64,000 bases of DNA from Acidobacteriota bacterium (GCA_046758905.1 JBHIBC010000002.1:16648-80647); one strand, 5' to 3'; positions 1-9,612 are shown, counted from the stretch's first letter. Numbers and translations are program-made. The notes: generated by a model from the letters alone, not told the origin.

Positions 1-71
1 TTAGGCGTCTTCGTGGATAGCGGACAAGGGACGAATCTCGGGACCGACAAGTCTAGGGAGAGGTTTGGAGC

Positions 72-1340
72 ATGCGGAGCCTTTTCGATCCGGTCGATGA
101 TATCAAGCTCCCTGAGGAGCGGCCGAAGCGCGACTTCAAGAAGCTGCTCAGGATCCTAGGCATCCTGGTCGGGGGCGCGGTCCTAGTCGCGGGAGGCTGG
201 CTCGGGTACAGGGCGCTTTTCCCGCCCCAGCTGACGGAGCGGCCGATCCCTCCGACTCCGGCCAAGCTGATGGCCGAGCTGAAGGAGGCCCGGGATGACA
301 TCGACATCCAGACCAGGGAGATCTACGCGCGCATCCAGCAGTTCAACAGGCGGATGGAGACCCTCGGCCGGAAGCCGGTCTCCTTCTCGCAGGTCTTCCT
401 CCAGGGTCTGAGCGCTGAGGAGGAGGCGGCCCTAGACGACCTGGTGCGCCAAGAGAGGGACCCCTCCTACCGTGGGATCCTCGGGCGGGTCGTGGAGGAC
501 ATCAAGAAGATCCGCGAGCTCCAGAACAAGGTGGCCGAGCTGGAGGCGCAGCTGCCCGGGGAGGGGGTGGAGGTGAAGCGGGGCGATACCCACATCGAGC
601 TGGCCAAGAGATGGCTGGTCGAGGAGCGGGGCGTCCCGGAGACGCGGGCCAGGGAGCTGGCCGAACGGTTGAACATCATGGACGCCAGGCTGCGGCCGGG
701 CTTCCGCGTCCACTTCTACTACGATCCCGCCCGGGATTTCTTCGGGACCTGGGTCGCGCAGGGCGAGGCGGACCGCACGCCCCTGGCGGTCGTCAGGGCC
801 AGGAGGATGCGCCTGATCCGCGAGCGCGACGCGGCGATCGCGCGCGCCGATGACCTCGAGGAGAAGAAGGCGGAGCTTGAGGAGGTCCTGGCGACGCTGC
901 GCGGCGAGATCAACGCGCTCGAGGTCCGCAAGGCCAACTTGGAGACCAGCGTCGCGCAGCTCGAGGCGGAGAAGTCCGAGGCGCTGGCGAAGTTCAACAC
1001 GACGCAGAAGGAGCTCGAGCGGGCGCGCAACTCGCTTTACTACGAGGCGGACCTCGAGGACCGGCTGAAGGCCCGCGGCGTGCTCCGCATCCTGAACAAC
1101 ATCGAGGATATCGGCAACGCCAGGTTCGCCTCGTCGCTGGATCTGCGCGAGTCGAAGTCGATCACGCTCGAGCCGAGCCAGTTCGGCCTCAACAGGATCC
1201 GCGACGTGCGGGTCGTCCCCAAGTTCCTCAAGGAGGGCCGCGACATCGACGTGAAGTTCGGCGACGACGGCACGGTCGAGGTCACGGTCCTGGACGAGGA
1301 CGCGCTGAGGGGCCAGCGGGTCATCTTCGTCGTCAACTGA
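72..1340 (+). CDS. hypothetical membrane-anchored coiled-coil protein
   Basis: 422-aa ORF. N-terminal hydrophobic segment (LLRILGILVGGAVLVAGGWLGY) followed by long Glu/Arg/Lys-rich heptad-like helices. No recognisable catalytic motif. Confidence 0.55.
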   Translation: MRSLFDPVDDIKLPEERPKRDFKKLLRILGILVGGAVLVAGGWLGYRALFPPQLTERPIPPTPAKLMAELKEARDDIDIQTREIYARIQQFNRRMETLGRKPVSFSQVFLQGLSAEEEAALDDLVRQERDPSYRGILGRVVEDIKKIRELQNKVAELEAQLPGEGVEVKRGDTHIELAKRWLVEERGVPETRARELAERLNIMDARLRPGFRVHFYYDPARDFFGTWVAQGEADRTPLAVVRARRMRLIRERDAAIARADDLEEKKAELEEVLATLRGEINALEVRKANLETSVAQLEAEKSEALAKFNTTQKELERARNSLYYEADLEDRLKARGVLRILNNIEDIGNARFASSLDLRESKSITLEPSQFGLNRIRDVRVVPKFLKEGRDIDVKFGDDGTVEVTVLDEDALRGQRVIFVVN

Positions 1341-1397
1341 TCGTCCGGTTCCCGGCGGGCACGGCCCCGCGACGCCCCCGGACCCCGCGCGGGCCTC

Positions 1398-2852
1398 TCA
1401 GCGCGTGGCCCCGGCTCCCGCCTTGTCCGCCGCCCCGATCCGAGCCGGCCCGGGGCTCTCATCCCCGGCGGCCGCGGAGCCCGCCCTCTGGAGCTGCAGC
1501 AGGACCCGGGTGAACCAGGCCAGGAACAGCACCGAGCACAGCGCGCTGGCCAGGATCAGCCCCACGACGATCCCGTACAACGCCGGCCGCTCGACCTCCA
1601 GGGCCACCCGCCTGCCGAGCAGGGCGCAGGGCGCGGCCAGCACGACGTAGCGCAGGATGGCCATCACCAGCCCCGGGGAGCCCCGCTGCAGCCCCTCGAA
1701 GGCGGGACGCAGGAGCTGGAACGGGATCATCGACAGACACGCCAGCGGCGAGAGCCACAGCGCCACGCGCGTCAGGTCGGCGGTGATCTGCGACTCCGCC
1801 AGAAGCCGGGCGACGGCCGGGCCTCCGCCGATCATCGCGGGCGTCACCACGACGAGGCAGTAGGCGGCGGCCGCCAGCGTGATCTGCCGCAGGCCGCGGC
1901 GGATGGAAGCGAGATCGCCCTCGCCGTAGCGCCGCGCGACGAACGGGAGCACCGCGACCGAGGCGGCGATGATCGGCATCACCGCGAACAGCAGGACGCG
2001 GTAGTAGATGCCGTAGGCGGCGATCGCCTCGGTGGCGTGGGGCCGATCGGCGAGGAGCCAGTTGACCAGCGAGGTCTCGACCGCCATCAGTCCGTAGGTG
2101 AGCGCCGCGGGCAGCGCCAGAGCCAGGATCGACCGGAGCGGGGCCGGGTCGAGGGCCGGGGAGGTGTCCAGGCCGCTCGCCTTGCGGTCCGCCTCGTGCC
2201 GCGCGGCCCTGCGCATCGCGTAGATCAGGCCCCCGAAGCGACCCAGGACCGTGGACAGGGCGATCCCGAACACCCCCCAGTGGAGGGCGAACGTGAACAG
2301 GGTGTTGAGAACAACGTTGATCACGTTCGACCAGATCCCGGCCCACATGGTGGAGCGCGTGTCGTGGTGCGCCTTGACGATGGAGTCGGGGATGATCGAC
2401 CAGAAGGCTGTGAGGGCGGAGCCGCCGACCAGGACGCCGGCGTAGACGGCGAACAGGCTGGCCGTCTCCTCCTCGAGCCCCATGCGACCGGCCCCGAGCC
2501 AAACGGCCAGGGCGATGGCGGCGAAGACCGGCACCAGCCAGCGGACCATCCGCCGGGCGGTCGCCAGGAGCTGCTCGACCCGCGCACCCTCCCTGGCCCC
2601 CATGGCGCGCGACAGGCTGGAGGTCAGCCCCGTCGAGACGCCCACCCAGCAGGCGATCAGCAGGAACTCGAGCGGGATCGACAGGCCGATCGCGGCCACC
2701 GCGGCGTCCCCGAGGTAGGCGGCGTAGGCGGTGTCGACGAAGGTGAACAGCGATCGCATCCAGAACGACACGATCAGAGGGGCCGCCATCCGAAGGATGG
2801 ACGGGCCGTCGGCGGCGGTGGCCCACGAGGGGCGCTCTTCTCCGGGACGCAT
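1398..2852 (-). CDS. MATE family efflux transporter
   Basis: 484-aa polytopic membrane protein. N-terminus LRMAAPLIVSFWMRSLFTFVDTAYAAYLGDAAVAAIGLS is typical of NorM/DinF-type MATE proteins. Start may be the internal Met at 2789. Confidence 0.8.
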   Translation of the reverse strand: MRPGEERPSWATAADGPSILRMAAPLIVSFWMRSLFTFVDTAYAAYLGDAAVAAIGLSIPLEFLLIACWVGVSTGLTSSLSRAMGAREGARVEQLLATARRMVRWLVPVFAAIALAVWLGAGRMGLEEETASLFAVYAGVLVGGSALTAFWSIIPDSIVKAHHDTRSTMWAGIWSNVINVVLNTLFTFALHWGVFGIALSTVLGRFGGLIYAMRRAARHEADRKASGLDTSPALDPAPLRSILALALPAALTYGLMAVETSLVNWLLADRPHATEAIAAYGIYYRVLLFAVMPIIAASVAVLPFVARRYGEGDLASIRRGLRQITLAAAAYCLVVVTPAMIGGGPAVARLLAESQITADLTRVALWLSPLACLSMIPFQLLRPAFEGLQRGSPGLVMAILRYVVLAAPCALLGRRVALEVERPALYGIVVGLILASALCSVLFLAWFTRVLLQLQRAGSAAAGDESPGPARIGAADKAGAGATR

Positions 2853-3150
2853 GGGCCCACCGATGATAACCCGCGCCGGGCCCCGTCGCTCACGCGGGGC
2901 GCGGAGCGGGCGGCCGGCGGAGAGCGGATCGCGGCTCGTGGTGCCGGCTCCTCCGCTGTTGACTCGTTCCGGCCGGCGGGCATACCGTAGGTCCCACTAG
3001 GTGCCCCGGGCATCCCGCGCACACGCGATGGCCCCGGGTCCCCGCGGCGTCGCGGCAGCCGGGGAGCGCGGCTTCCTCGCGAACGGCGCGAGAGCCGTGC
3101 CCCGCAGCGCCGGGTGACGCCCGCCTCGCTCGACCCGGGCGGGAGGGGCG

Positions 3151-3486
3151 ATGAAAGCGAGGGTCAGGGACGCGGGCAAGATACGGATCCTCGATCTGCG
3201 CGGCAGGATCACCATGGGCGCCGGCGACCTGGCGCTGCGGGAGGCCGTGCGGGGGCTCATCGAGGACGGTCACAGTCGGATCGTGCTCAACCTCAAGCAC
3301 GTGGAATGGATCGACAGCGCGGGACTCGGGGAGATGGTGGCGTGCAAGAAGAGGGCCGTCCAGAGCGGGGGCGAGGTCAAGATCCTGATGCCCTCCGAGC
3401 AGGTCCACAACATGATGGTCCTGGCGCGCATCCACGAGGTCTTCGACATCTTCCACGACGAGCTGAACGCCGTCGGGTCCTTCTGA
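3151..3486 (+). CDS. STAS-domain anti-sigma-factor antagonist (SpoIIAA-like)
   Basis: 111 aa. KIRILDLRGRITMGAGDLALREAV...HVEWIDSAGLGEM... is typical of a STAS fold with the conserved phosphorylatable Ser region. Confidence 0.85.
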   Translation: MKARVRDAGKIRILDLRGRITMGAGDLALREAVRGLIEDGHSRIVLNLKHVEWIDSAGLGEMVACKKRAVQSGGEVKILMPSEQVHNMMVLARIHEVFDIFHDELNAVGSF

Positions 3487-4388
3487 TCCCGCCGCACGAA
3501 TCGGGTCGGACGCTGCAGGCGGTCCTGCACGACCGCCTGGGCGTCAGCCACCGCGAGGCACGCGGGCTGATCGACGCGGGCGCGGTGCGCGGCCCCGGCG
3601 GCATGCGCCCGGGTGATCGCGCCCGCCGGGTCGCCGGCGGCGAACGGTACGAGGTGATCCGCGAGCCGGGGCGCCGCTACCGTCCCTCGGCCCGGCCCCG
3701 CTCCGGCCGCGGATACGCGACGCTCCACCAGGACCGGGACCTGCTGGTGGTGTACAAGCGCCCCGACCTGCTGACGGTCCCGACCCCGCTGCGCGAGGGA
3801 GAGGAGAGCCTGGTGGAGCGCCTGCTCGAGGCGGAGAGGAGGCGCGGCGTCCGCCGCCCGGCCCTGTACGCCCTGCACCGCCTCGATCGCGACACCTCGG
3901 GCCTGCTGCTGTTCGCGCGCAGCCGCCGCGCCATCGCGGCCCTGCAGGAGCAGTTCGAGGATCGCAGCATCGACAGGCGTTACGTCGCCGTGGCCGAGGG
4001 GGCGTTGCCGCAGGACCGAGGCCGGCTCGTCAGCCGCCTGGTCGAGAGCGGCAGGAGTCTGAAGATGCGGTCGGCGAGGGGCCGGCGGGCCGGGAAGCAG
4101 GCGATCACGGAGTACGAGGTGATCGAGAGGCTGCCCGGGGCGAGCGTCCTGGCGGTGCGGATCCTTACCGGCCGCAAGAACCAGATCCGCGTCCAGCTCG
4201 CCGAATCGGGCCATCCGCTCGTGGGCGACCGTCGCTACGGCCGCCCCTCCGCCCTCATCGGCAGGACGGCCCTGCACGCGAGGAGCATCTGCTTCGTCCA
4301 CCCGGCCGACGGCCGGCGCGTGATCTTCTCATCGCCGCTGCCGGGCGACATGCGGCGGCTGATCCGGTCGTTACGTCGCGGACGCTGA
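3483..4388 (+). CDS. RluA-family pseudouridine synthase (S4-like N-terminus plus catalytic domain)
   Basis: Catalytic-Asp motif HRLDRDTSGLLLFAR, plus LLVVYKRPDLLTVP and ILTGRKNQIRVQLA. No ATG/GTG/TTG lies in frame between the STAS stop and the conserved N-terminus, so the start coordinate (CTG at 3483) is uncertain. Confidence 0.75.
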   Translation: MIPPHESGRTLQAVLHDRLGVSHREARGLIDAGAVRGPGGMRPGDRARRVAGGERYEVIREPGRRYRPSARPRSGRGYATLHQDRDLLVVYKRPDLLTVPTPLREGEESLVERLLEAERRRGVRRPALYALHRLDRDTSGLLLFARSRRAIAALQEQFEDRSIDRRYVAVAEGALPQDRGRLVSRLVESGRSLKMRSARGRRAGKQAITEYEVIERLPGASVLAVRILTGRKNQIRVQLAESGHPLVGDRRYGRPSALIGRTALHARSICFVHPADGRRVIFSSPLPGDMRRLIRSLRRGR

Positions 4389-4455
4389 GCCGATCGACCG
4401 GCCGCAACGGGACCGTTTTGCAGTATCCTTGTCGCCGTCATTCGCCGAGGTGCCG

Positions 4456-5769
4456 ATGCCGCGAGCCGAGGAAGGATCCGCGCGAAGGGACAGCCTGACC
4501 ATCGTCGACAACCGCACCGGCAGGAGCTACGAGATCCCGATCGAGGACGGCACCGTCCGCGCGGTCGACCTGCGCCAGATCAGGACCGGCCCGGATGACT
4601 TCGGCCTGATGAGCTACGACCCGGCCTTCAACAATACCGCGTCGTGTCGCAGCCGGATCACCATGATCGACGGCGAGAAGGGGATCCTCAACTACCGCGG
4701 CTATCCGATCGAGCAGCTGGCGGAGCACAGCACATATCTGGAAGTCGCTTACCTGATCCTGCACGGCGAACTTCCCTCGAGGGCGCAGTACCAGGACTGG
4801 GTGCACAACATCACTCACCACACCATCCTCCACGAGAACATCAAGAAGTTCATGGAGGGGTTCCGATACGACGCCCACCCGATGGGGATGCTGATCAGCT
4901 CGGTGGCGGCCCTGTCGACGTTCTACAGGGAGGCGAGCCGCATCTTCGACGCCGGCCTGCGGAGGATCCAGCAGGTGCGGCTGATCGCCAAGGTGCCGAC
5001 CCTGGCCGCCTTCGCATATCGGGACAGCGTCGGCCTGCCCTACGCCTATCCCGACAACGACCTGTCCTACACCGGCAACTTCCTCAACATGCTGTTCAAG
5101 ATGACCGAGGTGAAGTACCGCCCGGACCCGGTGCTGGAGCGGGCGCTGGACGTGCTGTTCATCCTGCACGCCGACCATGAACAGAACTGCAGCACCAACG
5201 CGATGCGCAGCGTCGGCTCGTCGCACGTCGACCCGTTCTCGGCCGTGGCGGCGGCCGTCGCGGCGCTGTATGGGCCTCTGCACGGGGGCGCCAACGAGAT
5301 GGTGCTGCGCATGCTGAACGAGATCGGCGCCCGGAGCCGGGTGCCGGAATACATCAGGCGGGTGAAGGCGGGGGAGGTGCGCCTGATGGGATTCGGACAC
5401 CGGGTGTACAAGAACTACGACCCGCGCGCCCGCGTGATCAAGAGCATCGCCGACCAGGTGTTCGAGGCGACGGGGCGCAATCCGCTCCTCGACATCGCCC
5501 TGGAGCTCGAGCGGATCGCCTTGCAGGACGAGTACTTCGTGGAGCGCAAGCTCTACCCGAACGTCGACTTCTACTCCGGCCTGATCTACCAGAGCATGGG
5601 CTTCCCGACCGAGATGTTCCCGGTGCTGTTCGCCATCCCACGCACCGTGGGGTGGCTGGCGCAGTGGGAGGAGATGCTGCTCGACGAGGAGCAGAAGATC
5701 GCCCGGCCGCGGCAGATCTACGCCGGGCCTGCGAGACGGGACTACGTCCCGATGGAGGAGCGGGTCTGA
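4456..5769 (+). CDS. gltA: citrate synthase
   Basis: GFGHRVYKNYDPRA active-site signature and LHGGANE. ~437 aa from the ATG at 4456. A TTG at 4429 is also possible. Confidence 0.93.
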   Translation: MPRAEEGSARRDSLTIVDNRTGRSYEIPIEDGTVRAVDLRQIRTGPDDFGLMSYDPAFNNTASCRSRITMIDGEKGILNYRGYPIEQLAEHSTYLEVAYLILHGELPSRAQYQDWVHNITHHTILHENIKKFMEGFRYDAHPMGMLISSVAALSTFYREASRIFDAGLRRIQQVRLIAKVPTLAAFAYRDSVGLPYAYPDNDLSYTGNFLNMLFKMTEVKYRPDPVLERALDVLFILHADHEQNCSTNAMRSVGSSHVDPFSAVAAAVAALYGPLHGGANEMVLRMLNEIGARSRVPEYIRRVKAGEVRLMGFGHRVYKNYDPRARVIKSIADQVFEATGRNPLLDIALELERIALQDEYFVERKLYPNVDFYSGLIYQSMGFPTEMFPVLFAIPRTVGWLAQWEEMLLDEEQKIARPRQIYAGPARRDYVPMEERV

Positions 5770-5858
5770 TCCGGGGGCCGTCGGCGCCCGCCCGGCTCCG
5801 GCCCGGCCCTGCGAGACGCCGCCGCGCTCACGCTCCCGGCGGGCCCGTCCCGCCCCGC

Positions 5859-7085
5859 GTGCTGCTGCTTCTCCCCACGACCACCTACCACGCGCGCGAT
5901 TTCGTCGAGGCGGCGCACCGGCTGGGCGTCGAGACGGTGGTGGGGTCCGAGAGGGCGCAGGCGCTCGAGCCGCTGCAGCCGGGGGGCACCCTCACCGTCG
6001 AGCTGGGCTCCCCCGAGCGGGCCGCCGAGCGGATCGCGGAGTTCGCGCGCCGGCGGCCGCTGCGCGCCATCGTGCCGACCGACGACGGGACCGCGGTGGT
6101 GGCCGCGGTCGCGTCCCGGCGACTGGGTCTCCCGCACAACCCGCCGGAGGGGGCGCGCGCGGCGCGGCGGAAGGACGAGCTGCGCCGGCTCCTGCGCGCC
6201 TCCGGGGTCCGGACCCCCGGGTGGCGCCTGGAGCCGGTGGGCGCCGACCCCGCGGCCGCGGCGGCGCGCGCTGGCTATCCCTGCGTCCTCAAGCCGACCT
6301 TTCTGGCCGCGAGCCGAGGCGTGATCCGCGCCGACGGCCCGGACCAGTTCGTCGCCGCATTCGGCAGGATCCGCGCGCTGCTGGCGCGGTCGGACGTGGC
6401 CCGGAAGGACGCGGACGCGGCGGGCATCATCCTGGTCGAGGAGTTCGTCCCGGGAGCCGAGGTGGCCGTCGAGGGTCTCCTCCTGCGGGGCCGGCTCAAG
6501 GTCCTGGCCATATTCGACAAGCCGGACCCGCTCGATGGCCCCTACTTCGAGGAGACGATCTACGTCACCCCCTCGCGGCTGCCGCCGCGGACGCGGGGGG
6601 CCGTCGTCCGGACCGCGAGAGCGGCGGCGAAGGCGATCGGCCTCGCGGAGGGCCCGGTGCACGCGGAGCTGCGGATCGGCCGGGGCGTCCCGTGGGTGAT
6701 CGAGATGGCGGCGCGGTCGATCGGCGGGCTGTGCTCCCGGGCGCTGCGGTTCGGGACGGGGCTGTCGCTCGAGGAGCTGATCGTGATGCACGCGGTCGGG
6801 CAGGACGTGAGCCGGCTGGAGCGCCAGCGCGAGCCAGCGGGGGTGATGATGATCCCGATCCCGCGCGCCGGAGTCCTGAAGGAGATCGGCGGACTCGCCT
6901 CGGCTCGGGCGGTACCCGGTGTCGTCGACGTGACGATCAGCGCGACGCTCGGAAGGCCGCTGGAGCCGCTACCGGAGGGGTCGAGCTACCTCGGTTTCAT
7001 CTTCGCCCGCGGCCACCGTCCCGAGGACGTGGAGGGCGCGCTGCGCGAGGCGCACCGCAGGCTGTCGTTCGCCATCGAGCCCTAA
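5859..7085 (+). CDS. ATP-grasp domain protein (carboxylate-amine ligase-like)
   Basis: YPCVLKPTFLAASRGVIRAD..., LVEEFVPGAEVAVEGLL and IFDKPDPLDGPYFEETIYVTPS are ATP-grasp B/C-domain motifs. GTG start at 5859 is the first start codon in frame after the gltA stop. Confidence 0.7.
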   Translation: MLLLLPTTTYHARDFVEAAHRLGVETVVGSERAQALEPLQPGGTLTVELGSPERAAERIAEFARRRPLRAIVPTDDGTAVVAAVASRRLGLPHNPPEGARAARRKDELRRLLRASGVRTPGWRLEPVGADPAAAAARAGYPCVLKPTFLAASRGVIRADGPDQFVAAFGRIRALLARSDVARKDADAAGIILVEEFVPGAEVAVEGLLLRGRLKVLAIFDKPDPLDGPYFEETIYVTPSRLPPRTRGAVVRTARAAAKAIGLAEGPVHAELRIGRGVPWVIEMAARSIGGLCSRALRFGTGLSLEELIVMHAVGQDVSRLERQREPAGVMMIPIPRAGVLKEIGGLASARAVPGVVDVTISATLGRPLEPLPEGSSYLGFIFARGHRPEDVEGALREAHRRLSFAIEP

Positions 7086-8029
7086 CGCCGGCCGACGGTC
7101 ATGCTGTCGTAGACGATCCCCACCCAGGCGTCCGGCTCGAGGAACCCGCCTCCCCACTTGTCGTCGAGATCGCGCGTCGGCTTCGCCGCGATGACCTCGT
7201 CCCGGCCCTTCCCCCGGTCGATCAGCCGGCGGACACGGTCCCGGACCTCGACCAGCATGGCACGGTAGTCGCGATACTCCTTCACGCCGGAGACCTCTCC
7301 GTGGCCCGGGATCAGCCTGGTCTTCGGGCCGGCCATCTGCAGCACCCGGTCGGCGGCGGCGATCATGCCGTCCATCCTCCCGCCCGTGGACGCGTCGATG
7401 AACGGGTACATGCCGTTGAAGTAGGTGTCGCCGAGGTGGATCACGTTGGCCCGCGTGAAGTAGATGATCGAGTCGCCGTCGGTGTGCGCGGGATCGACGT
7501 GGAAGACCCGCAGCTCATCGCCGTTCCAGTGGAAGGTGATCGAGTCGGTGAAAGTGATCACCGGGAGGGCGGCCTCGGGCGCCGGTCCGGTGCGCCTGCC
7601 GAACGCCTCGATGAAGTTCTCGACGCTCATCCTCCTGCGGACGTTCTCGTGCGCGACGATCAGGGCGCCGGCCTCCCCGAGGTTCTCGTTGCCCCCGGTG
7701 TGGTCGCCGTGCCAGTGGGTGTTGATCACGAAGCGGATCGGCCCGTCGGTGACCGACGCCACCGCCGCTCTGATCTTCTCGGTGAGCGGGGCGTACTGGT
7801 CGTCCACGAGGAACGCCCCGTCCTCGCCGACCGACAGGCCGATGTTCCCGCCCCGTCCCCGGAGCATGTAGACGCCCTTCGCGAGCCTCACCGCCTCGAC
7901 GGTCGCGTCCGCCAGATCGTCCTGGGCCGCGGCCGGGATCGCCCCCGCGACGGCGATCGCCGCCAACAGAGCGCCGGCCCGCCGGCCCGCACGCCCTCGG
8001 GCCCCCGTTGAACCTAATGATCGAGTCAC
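7082..8029 (-). CDS. MBL-fold metallo-hydrolase, secreted
   Basis: Signal peptide (AGALLAAIAVAGAIPAAAQ). INTHWHGDHTGGN is the HxHxDH motif of a metallo-beta-lactamase fold. Confidence 0.85.
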   Translation of the reverse strand: MTRSLGSTGARGRAGRRAGALLAAIAVAGAIPAAAQDDLADATVEAVRLAKGVYMLRGRGGNIGLSVGEDGAFLVDDQYAPLTEKIRAAVASVTDGPIRFVINTHWHGDHTGGNENLGEAGALIVAHENVRRRMSVENFIEAFGRRTGPAPEAALPVITFTDSITFHWNGDELRVFHVDPAHTDGDSIIYFTRANVIHLGDTYFNGMYPFIDASTGGRMDGMIAAADRVLQMAGPKTRLIPGHGEVSGVKEYRDYRAMLVEVRDRVRRLIDRGKGRDEVIAAKPTRDLDDKWGGGFLEPDAWVGIVYDSMTVGRR

Positions 8030-8115
8030 CTCCGCCTCCCCTCGAGTCGATGCACGAAGCTCACCAGTCTAGCGGCACTTCGGGGCGCCCACAAGTCGGC
8101 CGTCGGGCGGCCGGG

Positions 8116-9612
8116 TCAGAACCCGGCTTCGGGCGAGCGCGCGGGGTCCAACTGACCCTCCATCGGCTCGGCTCAGCAGAACCAGGGCTCGGACAGGCGC
8201 GGCGGCCGCCCCCGGTCGCGCCGCGGCGGTGGATGGAGGAGGGCGTCGGGGGACGGCGCGGGCGACTCGCCCCCGGCGCGCGCCGTGGCCGAGCGGATTC
8301 GCAGGAAGGTCAGGCGCGGGTCCTCGCGCGCGCGGGCGGCGCGCTCGACGATGGCCGCCACGTCCTCCTGGAGGCGGTCCACGCGCGCGTCGGGGTGGGT
8401 CCAGAGAAAGGTGTGACGGCCGGCGTCGAGCGGGCCGAGGAACGGCCGCACCTCGGGCCGATCGTTGAGCAGCGAGCCGGGCGGCAGCAGCAGGCGGATG
8501 GAGAGCTGCACCGGGTCGAGGTGGTCGATCAGGTCCCGGCGCTCCACGAAGTCGAGCAGGTCGCGGTGGTCCTCAAGGGTGGTCCAGGGCGTGAACGGGA
8601 CGAGGGACGGCCGCAGCGCCAGGCCGGCGTCCCGGGTCAGGGCGAGCGCCAGCTCCACGTCGGCGCGGGTGTGTCCCTTGTCGAGGATGGCGAGGACGCG
8701 GTCGCTCAGCGACTCGACCGCCGAGACGACGAACAGGCAGCCGAGCCGGGCCATCTCGGGGAGCAGGCCACGGTATCTCAGCAGGTGCGCGACCTTGGCC
8801 GTGAAGTCGAACGTCAGCCGCGGGAATTCGTCGTGGAGCCGCCGCAGGATCGCCATCGAGTGACCGGGACCGTTCAGGAAGTCCGGATCCCCGATCGTGA
8901 TGTGCGTCGCGCCGGCGGCCACCTGGCCCCGCGCGTCGGCCAGCACGACCTCGCGCGGCACGACGAAGAGGCGGCCGCCGTACACCGGAGGGATCGGGCA
9001 GTGCCGGCAGCCGTGCAGGCAGCCGCGGCTCGCCTCGAGGTGGCCGGCGATGCGGGTCGCGCCGTCCTGCTCGAGCCGCGCGTACCGATCGAGCGGCCGG
9101 AGCAGGCCCCGGTACGGCACCTCGAACCGGATCCTCCGGATCCAGGGTGGCTCGTCGGCGCCCCTCACGCGGACCCCGGGGATCGGCCCCGTCCCGCCCC
9201 GGTCCAGGCGCCCCGCCAGTCGGAGGAGCGGCTCCTCGTACTCGCCCCCGACGATCGAATCGGCCCCGCGCTCGAGAAGCGTCGCGGCGTTGAGCGACGC
9301 GTACAGGCCGTAGTAGCACAGGTGGCATGCGGGGTTGATCGCCCTGATCCGGTCCGCGACCCGCGACCCGAGCCGCAACGCCGTGTGCATCGGCACGGCG
9401 ACCGCGACCAGCCGGGCCGCCGCCACCGCTTCCGGGCGCAGGCGATCCACCGCGAGGTCGATCGCCTCGGGGGCGTATCCGGCGCGGCGCAGCAGGGCGG
9501 CCGGGGACGCGATCGACAGCGGCTGGTGTCCGAGCTCGTAACAGGAGATCAGCAGGATCGCGCCGGGTGCTCGGAGGGGCCTGGGGGTGTCGATCCACGC
9601 GGGAAGCCTCAT
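8116..9612 (-). CDS. B12-binding-domain radical SAM selenoprotein, CUAEP-tail family (in-frame UGA=Sec at 8173..8175; naive ORF 8176..9612)
   Basis: Radical SAM CxxxCxxC motif (SRGCLHGCRHC). N-terminal B12-binding-like domain (AILLISCYELGHQPL...). The minus-strand frame reads ...EPWFC-TGA-AEPMEGQLDPARSPEAGF-TGA, i.e. C-U-A-E-P. ATG at 9612 checked in sequence. Confidence 0.72.
8144..8159 (-). other. candidate SECIS-like hairpin 14 nt downstream of the Sec UGA (mRNA GGGUC-AGUUG-GACCC)
   Basis: 5-bp GC stem with a GU-containing apical loop at a spacing compatible with bacterial SECIS. Not folded computationally. Confidence 0.3.

Noticed and set aside
1459-2826. 455-aa minus-strand ORF overlapping the MATE gene in another frame, plus many similar Arg/Gly/Pro-rich antisense ORFs throughout (e.g. 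6221..8011, 8008..9663, 10223..11743, 35230..37014, 39160..41691, 48364..50700, 54377..56713)
   Set aside because: Low-complexity R/G/P/A-rich translations typical of stop-codon-poor antisense frames in 70 % GC DNA. Each overlaps a gene with clear family motifs on the other frame or strand.
8173-8175. Possibility that the TGA after ...WFC is an ordinary stop and the downstream AEP is coincidence
   Set aside because: The five-residue C-U-A-E-P match to the motif naming this radical SAM family, on a protein with the right domain architecture, is too specific. A second Sec candidate 5 kb away supports Sec usage. Kept as a selenoprotein call but flagged for verification.
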